A DNA stretch of 64,000 nucleotides from Halarcobacter sp. (GTDB taxonomy: Bacteria; Campylobacterota; Campylobacteria; Campylobacterales; Arcobacteraceae). A model generated the notes under the pieces. That model was not told where the DNA came from. It did not search any database and saw nothing but the letters and a program-made list of their open reading frames with translations. Made by a program: the position numbers and the translations under genes. This document shows positions 52,720 to 63,263 of this stretch, piece by piece. The DNA lies in the NCBI GenBank assembly GCA_048571215.1, contig CP182352.1:1952001-2016000 (forward strand), read 5' to 3'. Position 1 is the first letter of the stretch. Each line of letters begins with the position of its first letter.

Positions 52720-54084
52720 TCAAAGTAAAATAATTGTTGCCAAACCTAAAAAACTAAAAAAACCAACCACATCAGTTACAGTTGTTAAAATAACAGTTGA
52801 GCCAATAGCTGGATCTATTTCAAACTTTTCTAAAAGTATTGGAATAACTGCACCAAAAAAACCTGCACTAAGTAAATTTATAATCATAGACATGGCTATA
52901 ACTAAACCTAAAAGAGGAATTTTAAACCATAAGAAAGCTATAATCCCTATAACAAATGCAAATAAAAGTCCATTTACTAAAGATATAATAACCTCTTTAT
53001 ATATAGTTTTTTTTGCATCTGTATAACTTATCTCACCTAAAGCCATTTGTCTAACTGTTACTGTTAGAGTTTGAGTACCTGCATTTCCACCCATTGATGC
53101 AACTATTGGCATCAGTACAGCAAGGGCAACCAAAGATTGAATAGTAGCATCAAACATACCTATTACTATTGAAGCAAAGATAGCAGTAACTAAGTTTATA
53201 CTTAACCATATAGCTCTATTTTTACCAATTAAATACATACTCTCTTCATGCTCTGCATCATCACTAACCCCAGCTAATGAATAAAGTTGTTTAGTATCTT
53301 GTTGTTGTATAACATCATGGATATCATCATGGGTTACCCTACCTAATAGTTTCCCCTCATCATCAACTATTGCTAAAGCACTTAAGTTATAGTTGACAAC
53401 CATTTCAACAACTTCTGAGATATCACTATTGTGTGTACATGAATAGTTTTTTATTTTATCAGCTGGAATATCATTAAAAGTTAAATCTCTTTCAAATACA
53501 ATCAACTCCTCTAAACCAATAGAACCTATATATATACCATCTTTATCCACTAAATAAACATGAAAAATATTATCTAACTCATCTTCATCTTTTAATTTTT
53601 TTAATCTTTTTAGTGCAACTCCTATGTTTTCATTTAATGAAGCACTAAAAAGCTCATTTTGCATATATGAACCAGCTTTATCATCATCATATGCATTTAA
53701 TCTTTCAATAATCTGCTTATCTTCATCATTAAGTTTTTCTAAGATTAATTGTGCTGTTTCTTCATCTTTTTGTGAAATATTATAAATAAGCATAGAAGCA
53801 TCATCACTATCCATTTTAGAAGTGATATTTGCAATCTTTTTATCACTTATAACATCGCTAATCTCTTCTTGGATATAACTTGGCATCTCACATAAAACTT
53901 GTGCAAAAAGATCACTTGGCATCTTTTTACAAATATATTCATACTCATCATCACTTAAGTCCCTTAGTTTTTCAAGCTCCTTTGCTATATCATAAGGGTG
54001 CAATTCAAATTTGTCATTTTTATAATCATCAATTGCCTGTAATAAAAACTCTTTTATCTCTTCATAATTTTTTAATTCATCCAT
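52720..54084 (-). CDS. mgtE: Magnesium transporter MgtE
   Basis: CBS pair, PIVASMGGNAGTQ, DPAIGS..TTVTDVVG. Confidence 0.95.
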   Translation of the reverse strand: MDELKNYEEIKEFLLQAIDDYKNDKFELHPYDIAKELEKLRDLSDDEYEYICKKMPSDLFAQVLCEMPSYIQEEISDVISDKKIANITSKMDSDDASMLIYNISQKDEETAQLILEKLNDEDKQIIERLNAYDDDKAGSYMQNELFSASLNENIGVALKRLKKLKDEDELDNIFHVYLVDKDGIYIGSIGLEELIVFERDLTFNDIPADKIKNYSCTHNSDISEVVEMVVNYNLSALAIVDDEGKLLGRVTHDDIHDVIQQQDTKQLYSLAGVSDDAEHEESMYLIGKNRAIWLSINLVTAIFASIVIGMFDATIQSLVALAVLMPIVASMGGNAGTQTLTVTVRQMALGEISYTDAKKTIYKEVIISLVNGLLFAFVIGIIAFLWFKIPLLGLVIAMSMIINLLSAGFFGAVIPILLEKFEIDPAIGSTVILTTVTDVVGFFSFLGLATIILL

Positions 54085-54085
54085 T

Positions 54086-55057
54086 TTAAATCCATTTGTA
54101 TTTTTTCAATAAATAAAACTGTAAGGCACCAATAAAAAACAATATTAATATAAATAAACTAAATGCCCCTTTATCTTCAGAACCAGGAATCCCTCCAACA
54201 TTTACACCCAATAAACCTGTTAGAAACCCTAGTGGCAAAAATATTACTGAGATTATTGATAAGACATACATTCTTTGATTCATCTGTTCACTAATATTAT
54301 TTACCAATTCTTCTTGTATTAAAGCTACTTTATCATTAATGGAGTCTAACTCTTCTACATATCTTATAAGTTGGTCTGTTATCTCCCTTAGCTCTATTCT
54401 ATCATATTCACTTAGCCATGAGATTTTATCATGATATAGTTTATACATAGCCTCTTTTTGGGGTGCTAAATATCTTCTTAAGGTTATAGATTCTCTTCTG
54501 ATTTTAGATATTTGTGTTCTTAATTGAACATTTTCTGATTCTAAAATCATCTCTTCTATTTCTAAAGCTCTATCTTCTAACTCATTAATAGTCTCTTCCA
54601 TTCTTGAAGTTAGTCTATCTGTTAAAGAGATTATAAATTCTGCACTATTTACAGGACCTTTATTATGTTCAAAACTTTCTAAGATATCTTTTACAGATAA
54701 TAAATCTCTTTTTTTGGTACTTATTATTATATCTTGGGATATAAATAATCTTATAGAAATCATATCTTCTGGGTCTGAATTTGCATTTAAATTAACACCC
54801 CTTAAGGCAAGTAAAATAGTATCATCTAAAATTGTAGTTCTAGGTCTAGTCTCTTGAGTTAATAAAGCTTCAATAGCAATTGGATCAATACCACTTTTAT
54901 TTGTAATCCAATCGATTGCTTCTTGACTTGAATAATCAAAATGAACCCATAATAAGCCCATACTTTTGTCATAATCTTGTAGTTGATCATATGAAAGCTC
55001 TTTAGCTGAACCTTTTTTATCAAAAATAACCGCATGAGATAATCCATTTTGATGCAC
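54086..55057 (-). CDS. zntB: CorA-family zinc transporter ZntB
   Basis: ETRPR, LRGVNLN, PEDMISIR, LRRYLAPQ, GLLGVNVGGIPG. Confidence 0.88.
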   Translation of the reverse strand: MHQNGLSHAVIFDKKGSAKELSYDQLQDYDKSMGLLWVHFDYSSQEAIDWITNKSGIDPIAIEALLTQETRPRTTILDDTILLALRGVNLNANSDPEDMISIRLFISQDIIISTKKRDLLSVKDILESFEHNKGPVNSAEFIISLTDRLTSRMEETINELEDRALEIEEMILESENVQLRTQISKIRRESITLRRYLAPQKEAMYKLYHDKISWLSEYDRIELREITDQLIRYVEELDSINDKVALIQEELVNNISEQMNQRMYVLSIISVIFLPLGFLTGLLGVNVGGIPGSEDKGAFSLFILILFFIGALQFYLLKKYKWI

Positions 55058-55118
55058 TTTATATCCTTTATAATAACTTTTATATTATAATCAAAAATAT
55101 AAAAAACTAAGGTTTATA

Positions 55119-56930
55119 ATGAAACTTTTAATTAATTTTTTACTCTTTTGTACTCTTTGTTTCAGTGCAGAGATTGATACTAAGCTTTTTGATACTCAAA
55201 CTAATATTTCATATCTTAAAGAGATTAAAAAAAATATAGATAGTTCTAACAAAAGTAAAAAAATCATAGAAAATGAAAAAAAATACCTTCAGATTCTAAA
55301 AGAGGCTAGTGCTAAAACTGTATCAATTGAAAAGTTTAATTATACTCTTTTAGATAAAAAAGATTTAAGCCTTGATGAAATCTATCAAACAATTGAATTT
55401 TTATTAGATTTAAATAAAAAACAAAATAGTACAAAAAATCTTTTGCTTGCTATTCAAGATAATCTTTCATACCTAAAAAAGAGAATAGAAAATATTATAG
55501 AGATTGAAAAAGATAAACTATTAATATATCAACTACAATTTGCATACTATAAAATTGAAAAAACAAATTTAGAAAAAAAAGAAGCCTTGATAAAAGATGA
55601 AAAGATAAAACTTCTTTCAAGTCTAAATGAAAGTATCCCAAAGCTTTCAGAAACAGAAATAAAAACAATAGATATACATCTTAATAAAAATATTGAAAAC
55701 TTAGATAGATTAACTCAATATATCAACTCTCTAAAAGTAGATTTACAAAGGGAAAAACTAGATGAAAATAAACCAAAGGTAAAAAGCCTTGAAAATAGTA
55801 TCAAAAAGTTTGAAAATAGTTATCAAGAGGAGCTAATAAAAACTATCAATAATCTAAGTAAAAAACTCTTAATAACACTAAAAGATGAACAAGAAAAAGA
55901 GTTTTTAGCCACCTATAAATCCCTAAATGGATATATCTCAAAGCTAGATGAAGATAAGCAAAAAAAATATTCCTATTTAAGTACTATTTTTAAAGAGTTA
56001 TCAAAAAAATATTTAAGTAATACAAAACTACTTTTTGCAAGCTCTAGTTCACAACTTAGTTCTATTTATGATTCTAGTAAATCTTTTTTTAATACAAGCC
56101 TTGTTGTTTTTAATGAACAAGCTATTACACCTAAAAGTATATTTAAAGCCTTGATTTTAATTATCATTGGTCTTCTTTTAGGGAAATTTTATAAAAAATG
56201 GCTTTTAAAAATATCATCTAAATGGCCAAATATTGGTGAAGTTTCTTTAAAAGTAACTTCAAATGTAGGCTTTTATCTAATAATATTTATCACAATTATA
56301 ATAGCAATGAATAGTTTAGGAATAGATATGTCTTCCATCTCACTAATAGCTGGGGCATTATCTATTGGTATTGGTTTTGGTTTACAAACTGTTGTATCAA
56401 ACTTTATTGCTGGAATAATTTTGATGTTTGAAAGAACTATTAGAATTGGTGATGTAATAGAGATAAATGATGTACTAAAGGGCACAGTAACAGATATAAG
56501 AGTTCGTTCAACCACTATAAAAACCTTTGATAATATAGATATTGTTGTTCCAAACTCTTCATTTATCCAAAACAATGTTATCAATTGGACCTTAGAAGAT
56601 AAATCAAGAAGATTACATGTACCTTTTGGGGTTGCATATGGAACCAAAATAGAAGAAGTTAAAAAGATTATTTTAGAAGAATTAAAAAATAGTGACTTGA
56701 AATTTATTAGAGAAGATAAAGATAAACAAGCAGAAATAAGATTTGAAGGGATGAATAACAGCAGCGTTGATTTAGAACTATTAGTTTATATAAGAGTAAA
56801 TGATAGAATTACACCAAATTCACTTAAATCTGATTTCTTACTTCTTATATACAATGCCTTATATAAACACAATATAGAGATACCATTTCCACAATTGGAT
56901 TTACATATTAAAAAAGAGCTAAAAAAATAG
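55119..56930 (+). CDS. MscS-family mechanosensitive channel with long periplasmic coiled coil
   Basis: GALSIGIGFGLQ, IRIGDVIE, VPNS, IEIPFPQ. Confidence 0.92.
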   Translation: MKLLINFLLFCTLCFSAEIDTKLFDTQTNISYLKEIKKNIDSSNKSKKIIENEKKYLQILKEASAKTVSIEKFNYTLLDKKDLSLDEIYQTIEFLLDLNKKQNSTKNLLLAIQDNLSYLKKRIENIIEIEKDKLLIYQLQFAYYKIEKTNLEKKEALIKDEKIKLLSSLNESIPKLSETEIKTIDIHLNKNIENLDRLTQYINSLKVDLQREKLDENKPKVKSLENSIKKFENSYQEELIKTINNLSKKLLITLKDEQEKEFLATYKSLNGYISKLDEDKQKKYSYLSTIFKELSKKYLSNTKLLFASSSSQLSSIYDSSKSFFNTSLVVFNEQAITPKSIFKALILIIIGLLLGKFYKKWLLKISSKWPNIGEVSLKVTSNVGFYLIIFITIIIAMNSLGIDMSSISLIAGALSIGIGFGLQTVVSNFIAGIILMFERTIRIGDVIEINDVLKGTVTDIRVRSTTIKTFDNIDIVVPNSSFIQNNVINWTLEDKSRRLHVPFGVAYGTKIEEVKKIILEELKNSDLKFIREDKDKQAEIRFEGMNNSSVDLELLVYIRVNDRITPNSLKSDFLLLIYNALYKHNIEIPFPQLDLHIKKELKK

Positions 56931-56937
56931 ATCTAGT

Positions 56938-57657
56938 CTAGTTTATAATGGCATCATGCCATTGAACTAAACTTAATCTATAACCACTTTTTACCTCTAA
57001 AACCTCATGGGTAAAATATGGATTACTTAAAAAAATAACCATATCTCCAGCACTTGGCTTTAATATTATATTTTCACCATTTTCATCATATAGGTAATTA
57101 AATATCAATTCCCCACCTGTAAAAGAGTTTGTTTTTTTACTATCTTCACAACTTGTAGTAAATAAAACTGTAGTTAGTTTTCTATTATTTGCCACACACT
57201 TAAAGCCTGCAAGTTTTTCATCCTTTAGAATCATACTAGAATCATCACTATGTGCCACATAAAAAGAGCCTTTTTTATACTCTAAAACTTGCAGTTTTGA
57301 ACTTGTTGTTAAAGCTATATTAAAATAGTTTTCAATTTCACTTTGATGGTGTTTAAAAACCTTTTCGTAAAGTTTTTTATAATCTTTATTTAGTTTATAA
57401 ATCTTTGTTTTTCTTATATCTTCATCTACTTGATTTGTATAATTTTCAATTTTTACTTTTGCATCAATAAAATCACTATTTTCTCGTATAGAGTTTGTTA
57501 TCTCTTCACATAACTCTTCATTGAAAAAGTTTTTAATTATCATATATGGATAATCATAATATGGGTTTGGAAGTAACTTTGTCTCAATATCAAAATCGTT
57601 TAAAAAACTATCACAAAAAACAAAGTTACTTATTTGGTCAAAAGTTCTTATACTCAT
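56938..57657 (-). CDS. 2OG-Fe(II) oxygenase
   Basis: FYVAHSD (HxD), FTGGEL, THEV, RLSLVQW. Confidence 0.88.
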   Translation of the reverse strand: MSIRTFDQISNFVFCDSFLNDFDIETKLLPNPYYDYPYMIIKNFFNEELCEEITNSIRENSDFIDAKVKIENYTNQVDEDIRKTKIYKLNKDYKKLYEKVFKHHQSEIENYFNIALTTSSKLQVLEYKKGSFYVAHSDDSSMILKDEKLAGFKCVANNRKLTTVLFTTSCEDSKKTNSFTGGELIFNYLYDENGENIILKPSAGDMVIFLSNPYFTHEVLEVKSGYRLSLVQWHDAIIN

Positions 57658-58067
57658 TTTATTAATTGTTTATGTAAGGTTGCTAAATCACCTAAAACCC
57701 AAATATCACAAATTTTTCCATCTTTAAATCTAAAAAATGAAGCTCCATTATATTTGATTCTATTATTTGTTGGTTCAAAATCAAATAATTTACCCTTGTG
57801 AGTACCATTATAAACAGCTCTTACTGCAATTTTATCATCTTCACTTATCATAATCTCTACTCCATGATAAAGGTTTGGAATACCTGTTAAAACATTATCC
57901 ATATATGTTTCAAACTCTTTTTTGCCTTTTGCTACAACATTTAGTGAACCATGAAAAGTTATCTCTTCATCAAAAAGAATATCTATATACTCTTTATTAT
58001 GTTTATTCCATAACTCTTCATAATACAATTTAACTAAATTTTTGTAATTATTACTTTTCATCTTCAT
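57654..58067 (-). CDS. SnoaL-like ester cyclase family protein
   Basis: YNGTHKG..PTN, FRFKDGKI..W; ATGA overlaps on both sides. Confidence 0.85.
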   Translation of the reverse strand: MKMKSNNYKNLVKLYYEELWNKHNKEYIDILFDEEITFHGSLNVVAKGKKEFETYMDNVLTGIPNLYHGVEIMISEDDKIAVRAVYNGTHKGKLFDFEPTNNRIKYNGASFFRFKDGKICDIWVLGDLATLHKQLIK

Positions 58068-59182
58068 CCTACACTTTTTTTATCTATATATAGACTTTTT
58101 AAAATAAATAAAGTCGACTTAACAGAGTTAATCGAAGCTGTTTCTTCTATAGTATGATAACCAGTTGTTGGTATTTGTAAAGTTGTTCCTTGAATCATAC
58201 CTTTTGATTCTTTTACTATTCTTCCCATCTCTGTACTTCCTAAACTCATTAAAGGAAGATTTTTTTCATTTAATATTTTGTTTTTCTCTTGGATAAATGT
58301 ATCTTTACAAGAAAAAATTATATTATTTTTATGACAAAAGTTTTTTAAAACTTTTAAAAGTGGTGATTTAAACCTAGCATTTGCATCCCTATTTCTTAGA
58401 ACAATATCCTGCATACTTACCTCTTCATCAGTATTATATGGACTAGTATCTAATACTAAAAGTTCTGTTGTAGAAATTTTATTTTTCATAAACCACTCAT
58501 ACATATATCTCCAACTTCTTCCTGCTTCCTCTTGGGCTGTGAAAAAAGCTGTTCCTTGATAACCATTTTGATACAAATACAAAATAATTGCAGCTGAGAT
58601 AACATTGTCTAACTGAGCAGAAATTTGTTCATTTTTAATATCAAGTTTATCAACAAATGCAATAGGAGTTCCAGGCATAAGATGTTCTAAACCTCTAACT
58701 TTAAACATAAGGTTATTTATCTCTTTACACATATAAACATCATTTATCTCACCAATTCCCAGATAACTGCCAGAGTATGGCTCATAAGCTTGAACTCCTA
58801 AGTTTAAATATCTTGATAAAAAGGTTTTATAAATCTGTTCAGAAACTGAGTTTCCCTTAAGTTCACTCCTATTTTTTGCTAAAAAAGCTGCAAATTGGAA
58901 CTCTTTTGGTCCTGTACAAACAAGACCATGTCTATCTATGTGAGCACTTAAAATACCATTTGTTGGTTCAGTTCCTTGGGCAACTAACAAACCATCATAA
59001 TATTGGGTTTTTATATTTAACTCATCTAATTCTCTTTTTAAATATAGAAAAAATGAGTGTTCAAAACCTGTAACACTTGGGATTCTAATCAACTGTTTTA
59101 ATGTATCTAAAAAATCACTAAAGTTTTCTACTTCATCAATCAATTTTTTTGATTTTTCGATACTTAGCTTTCTGTATTTCAC
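58064..59182 (-). CDS. M42/M28-like zinc peptidase
   Basis: IRIPSVTGFE, SAHIDRHG, AQLDN, TAQEEAG, LDTS, GYHT; start uncertain (GTG 59182 or TTG 59218). Confidence 0.75.
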   Translation of the reverse strand: MKYRKLSIEKSKKLIDEVENFSDFLDTLKQLIRIPSVTGFEHSFFLYLKRELDELNIKTQYYDGLLVAQGTEPTNGILSAHIDRHGLVCTGPKEFQFAAFLAKNRSELKGNSVSEQIYKTFLSRYLNLGVQAYEPYSGSYLGIGEINDVYMCKEINNLMFKVRGLEHLMPGTPIAFVDKLDIKNEQISAQLDNVISAAIILYLYQNGYQGTAFFTAQEEAGRSWRYMYEWFMKNKISTTELLVLDTSPYNTDEEVSMQDIVLRNRDANARFKSPLLKVLKNFCHKNNIIFSCKDTFIQEKNKILNEKNLPLMSLGSTEMGRIVKESKGMIQGTTLQIPTTGYHTIEETASINSVKSTLFILKSLYIDKKSVG

Positions 59183-59229
59183 TACTTTTTTTACCTTTAA
59201 AAAACTTTTGTAGAACAAGGCAAAGTGAG

Positions 59230-59460
59230 TTACTGATCTTGTTTTTCGTCCAAACTCTCTTCAACTTTTGTTTGGCAAAGATAATAATCTTTTTCACAAG
59301 TTGAAATACATTCTGTAAAATCTGTACTTTCATTATCTTCACATTTTACTGAACATTGATCATAATTTTTTTCACATAAAGCAAGTTTTTCTTCAATTGC
59401 ATCATTTGCAAAAGCAGATACTGTTAGCAAAGTAACAGCAAATAAAAATGATTTTAACAT
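59230..59460 (-). CDS. Small secreted six-cysteine protein
   Basis: Signal peptide ending SAFA; GGGAG RBS; CX6CX3CX10CX3CX6C. Confidence 0.75.
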   Translation of the reverse strand: MLKSFLFAVTLLTVSAFANDAIEEKLALCEKNYDQCSVKCEDNESTDFTECISTCEKDYYLCQTKVEESLDEKQDQ

Positions 59461-59496
59461 TTATACTCCCTAAAATAACAAACCTATAAGTTTGCT

Positions 59497-59593
59497 AAAA
59501 TAAATGTACTCTAAATTAGAGTACACCAATTTAAAAACCAAACGAATGCTTCGCTGGCTTTTTACTTAAAACGTACTTTCCTTATTCTACTTG
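59497..59593 (-). ncRNA. Candidate small RNA or terminated leader
   Basis: TATAAT at 59603-59598 (minus), hairpin aaaagccagcgaa/ttcgtttggtttt, terminator tgtactcta/tagagtaca plus U-rich tract. Confidence 0.4.
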
Positions 59594-59698
59594 CGAAATT
59601 ATAAACTAAAAAAAAAGAAAAATACTTAAAATTTTCTTAAAGTGTTTTGGGGAGTTAAAAGTGCCCTTTATAAGGCTAATTATTATAGAATTTTTTTT

Positions 59699-60451
59699 TC
59701 AACTTATATCTTTTAGTAGATATTTTATTGAATTTTCTTCTAAAAAATTTACAAATTTTGAAAAATAGATATCTATTAAATCTTTGTCATATCCACATAA
59801 GGATAATACAACTAATCTTTTATCATCTAAGATTTTAGGAAGAGAAGATAACTCAATAGAAGTTGGCACAGTTTTCATAATATCTATTAAATCATTTTCA
59901 CCACAAAATGCAGTCAAAGTTACTCTATACTCTTGAATATTGTTTTTATAATAATGTTTATCTAAAGCTTCAAGAACCATAGCTTGGCTCATAGAAGGGA
60001 AACCTGGAGTGAAAAAGAATCTATCTTCTAAATAAAAACCAGCAACATTATTTACAACATTTTTAAGAAGTTTTGCCCCTACAGGAAGATATGCCATATT
60101 TATTCTATGGGGATAGGCTTCTTGCTTAAATTGATTTTCAATAAGTTGTTTTGCTTCTTTATGAAACTGCATATTACTATCTGTAAAAACCTCAGCAGCA
60201 ATTTTTCTTGTATAATCATCAGGAGTAGTACCAATACCTCCATAACAAAACATAACAGAATTTTTATCAGCCTTGATAAGTGTAAAGATATTTTTCATTA
60301 AAGAGGTATCATCTGCAATAACAAAAGAACCTTTATGGGTCCAACCTCTTTTTAAAAGTTGTTCATTTAAAAAAGCAAAATGGGCATCTTTTCGACGCCC
60401 ATTTAGTAGCTCTGTTCCTATAATAACAGAATAAAAATTCAAATTTTTCAA
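59699..60451 (-). CDS. CinA-like molybdopterin-binding domain protein
   Basis: IIGTELLNG..D, GGIGTTPDD.T, PGFP. Confidence 0.85.
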   Translation of the reverse strand: MKNLNFYSVIIGTELLNGRRKDAHFAFLNEQLLKRGWTHKGSFVIADDTSLMKNIFTLIKADKNSVMFCYGGIGTTPDDYTRKIAAEVFTDSNMQFHKEAKQLIENQFKQEAYPHRINMAYLPVGAKLLKNVVNNVAGFYLEDRFFFTPGFPSMSQAMVLEALDKHYYKNNIQEYRVTLTAFCGENDLIDIMKTVPTSIELSSLPKILDDKRLVVLSLCGYDKDLIDIYFSKFVNFLEENSIKYLLKDIS

Positions 60452-60473
60452 ATATTACCTTTATAATTTATAA

Positions 60474-61043
60474 CTAGATTCTAGATTGAATAAATGAGTC
60501 CATTTCATCAATAATCTCTTTAATAGTTCTTTCACCATCAATTTTTTTTAATAAATTTTTAGATTCATAAAACTCTTGAATCTGCTTTAATGGTTCACTA
60601 TATACTTTCATTCTATTATTAAATACTTCAACATTATCATCAGTTCCTCTAGCACGTCCTAGAACTCTATGTTTTGCCACCTCTTCTGATACTTCAACTT
60701 CAATAGTATTTATTAACTCTACTTCATCTTCACTTGCTAAATATTTATCTAATTCTGCCATTTGTTCAAAACTTCTTGGATATCCATCAATAATTACAAC
60801 ATCTGTTGGAGCTTTTTTAATAGCACCTATAATAGTCTCTATAGCAATATCTATTGGTACAATATTTCCAGCACTAATATATTTTTCAATAATTGCACCT
60901 CTTTGACTACCACTTGCAACCTCAGTTCTAAACATATCTCCAGTTGAATAATGAGTGATTTTCATATGATTTTTTGCAATCAATTCAGCATCAGTAGTTT
61001 TTCCACTTCCTGGTGCTCCAATAATTAAAAATAGTTTTTTCAT
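60474..61043 (-). CDS. adk: Adenylate kinase, short type (no Zn LID)
   Basis: GAPGSGKTT, STGDMFR, IDGYPR, RGTDD. Confidence 0.88.
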   Translation of the reverse strand: MKKLFLIIGAPGSGKTTDAELIAKNHMKITHYSTGDMFRTEVASGSQRGAIIEKYISAGNIVPIDIAIETIIGAIKKAPTDVVIIDGYPRSFEQMAELDKYLASEDEVELINTIEVEVSEEVAKHRVLGRARGTDDNVEVFNNRMKVYSEPLKQIQEFYESKNLLKKIDGERTIKEIIDEMDSFIQSRI

Positions 61044-61260
61044 TTACGCCCTTGTTAAATTTAGAATTATGATTATATCAAAATCTATTTAAATTATTTA
61101 TGTGATATTAAAAGCTTTTTGAATACAATACTGAAAAACTAAGAACAACTACTTGTATCTTTATAGTTTATTTTTTAACAGTTTTTATAAATTGTACAAA
61201 AAGAAATTAATCAAGCAAAGATCCCTTTTCAAATAGGGACTATTTAAAAGGAAATAAAAT

Positions 61261-61902
61261 ATGAATTTAATGCTATTTGGTGCACCAGGAGCTGGTAAAG
61301 GAACCCAAGCAAAATTTTTAATTGAGAAATATAATATTCCACAAATCTCAACTGGAGATATTTTAAGAGCTGCAATTGCTGATAAAACAGATATGGGGAT
61401 GGAAGCAAAAAAGTTTATGGATGAGGGTAAATTAGTTCCTGATTCAACTATTATTGGTATTATCAAAGACAGATTAGCTGAAGCTGACTGTAAAGAGGGT
61501 TTTATCCTTGATGGCTTTCCAAGAACGTTAGCGCAAGCAGAAGCTTTAAAAGAGTTAATGGCAACTATGGGAATCTCACTTGATAAAGTAATTTCACTTA
61601 ATGTTCCAGATGAACTAATCGTTGGAAGAATCACAGGAAGAAGAGTTTGTTCTAAATGTGGAGCATCTTTCCATGTTGAGTTTAACCCTTCAAAAAAAGA
61701 AAATGTTTGTGACTACTGTGGTGGTGAATTGATTATTAGAAAAGATGACAATGCCGAAACTGTAAAAAGTAGATTAGAAGCATACCATGCGCAAACTGCA
61801 CCACTTATTGATTTTTATACTGATATGGGTGTCTTTATAGAACTTGATGGAACAAAAGATGTTTCAGAAGTTACAAGTGATATGATTGAAGCACTTTCAT
61901 AA
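61261..61902 (+). CDS. adk: Adenylate kinase, long type with Cys4 LID
   Basis: GAPGAGKGTQA, STGDILR, LDGFPR, CSKC..CDYC, RKDD. Confidence 0.95.
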   Translation: MNLMLFGAPGAGKGTQAKFLIEKYNIPQISTGDILRAAIADKTDMGMEAKKFMDEGKLVPDSTIIGIIKDRLAEADCKEGFILDGFPRTLAQAEALKELMATMGISLDKVISLNVPDELIVGRITGRRVCSKCGASFHVEFNPSKKENVCDYCGGELIIRKDDNAETVKSRLEAYHAQTAPLIDFYTDMGVFIELDGTKDVSEVTSDMIEALS

Positions 61903-61921
61903 TCAATTTTAACTACTAAGA

Positions 61922-61950
61922 AAAAAAGGGCAACTATTGCCTTTTTTTTT
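61922..61950. terminator. Bidirectional intrinsic terminator between adk and bioA
   Basis: A-tract, ggcaa-cta-ttgcc, T-tract. Confidence 0.7.
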
Positions 61951-61960
61951 GGATAATTTT

Positions 61961-63250
61961 CTATAACTTTGATGAGACTATTTTATAAGTTACCTCTATC
62001 ATCTTTTCTAATTGTTCAAAAGTGAAACAATATGGTGGCATAAAATATAAAATATTTCCTAAAGGTCTTACATAAACCCCATCTTTAAGTGCTTCTTGAA
62101 AAATCTCTAAATTTATTCTTCTATTGTTATATTCTTTTAATTCAATAGCACATATCATTCCTCTTTGTCTAACTTCCAAAACATTTTTCAACTCTTTGAA
62201 CTTTTGTGTTTTCTCTTTTATAAAGGCAATTTTTTCTTTATTTTTTTCAATTATATTTTCATTTTCAAAAATATCTAATACAGCATTTGCAACTGCACAG
62301 GCAAGAGTATTTCCAGTATAAGAGTGTGAATCTAAAAAAGATTTTCCTTCATTGTAATCACAATAAAAAGCATTATAAATATCATCTGTAAACATTACAA
62401 CAGATAAAGGCATATATCCACCTGTAATGCCCTTTGATAAACATAAAAAATCTGGGCTTATATCTGCTTGTTCAATAGCAAACATAGTACCAGTTCTTCC
62501 AAAACCAACTGCAATCTCATCTACTATTAGAAATACCCCATACTCATCACAAAGTTTTCTAAGTTTTTTTATATAACTTGCATCATACATAAGCATACCT
62601 GCTGCACATTGAACTATTGGTTCAATCACTACAGAAGAGACATTGCCTTTGTTTTCCTCTAATACTCTTCTCATATCCTCAATTGCTTCATCTTCACTAA
62701 CAAGTGCTGGAGATTTTGCTTTTAAGGTTTTGATTAAAATATCATCATAGATATCTTTATATAATCCAGTATCTGAAACTGCCAAAGCTCCCATTGTTTC
62801 ACCGTGATATGAATTTTGCAATGATATAAATTGAGTTCTTGTCTCACCTTTGTTTTTAAAATACTGAAAAGCCATTTTTAAAGCTATCTCAATGGCACTT
62901 GAACCATTATCAGCAAAAAAGATTTTTTGTAAAGGCTTAGGAGTTAAATCAACTAATCTTTTAGCCAAAGTAACTGCTGGTTCGTGGGTGAATCCTGCAA
63001 AAATAACATGCTCCAAATCTTGAAGCTGTTCATTTATTTTTTTATTTATATACTCATTACTATGTCCAAAAATATTAACCCACCAAGAGCTTATACAATC
63101 TAAAAATTCATTTCCATCAAAATCTTTTATATAAGAACCCTTAGCACTTTTTATTGGAATAAGAGGAATAGTTTCATAATCTTTCATTTGGGAACAAGGG
63201 TGAAAAATATGTTTTAAGTCTTCTTTCATCAATTCATTATTTGTAATCAT
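61961..63250 (-). CDS. bioA: Adenosylmethionine-8-amino-7-oxononanoate transaminase
   Basis: FHPCSQM, SSWWVNIFGH, ADNGSSAIEIALKMA, YHGET, DEIAVGFGRTG, LSKGITGG, RPLGN. Confidence 0.95.
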   Translation of the reverse strand: MITNNELMKEDLKHIFHPCSQMKDYETIPLIPIKSAKGSYIKDFDGNEFLDCISSWWVNIFGHSNEYINKKINEQLQDLEHVIFAGFTHEPAVTLAKRLVDLTPKPLQKIFFADNGSSAIEIALKMAFQYFKNKGETRTQFISLQNSYHGETMGALAVSDTGLYKDIYDDILIKTLKAKSPALVSEDEAIEDMRRVLEENKGNVSSVVIEPIVQCAAGMLMYDASYIKKLRKLCDEYGVFLIVDEIAVGFGRTGTMFAIEQADISPDFLCLSKGITGGYMPLSVVMFTDDIYNAFYCDYNEGKSFLDSHSYTGNTLACAVANAVLDIFENENIIEKNKEKIAFIKEKTQKFKELKNVLEVRQRGMICAIELKEYNNRRINLEIFQEALKDGVYVRPLGNILYFMPPYCFTFEQLEKMIEVTYKIVSSKL

Positions 63251-63263
63251 AAATTATCCTCTC

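Noticed and set aside
52640..53026. 128-aa ORF antisense to mgtE (and similar short antisense ORFs throughout)
   Set aside because: Typical shadow ORFs opposite membrane-protein genes
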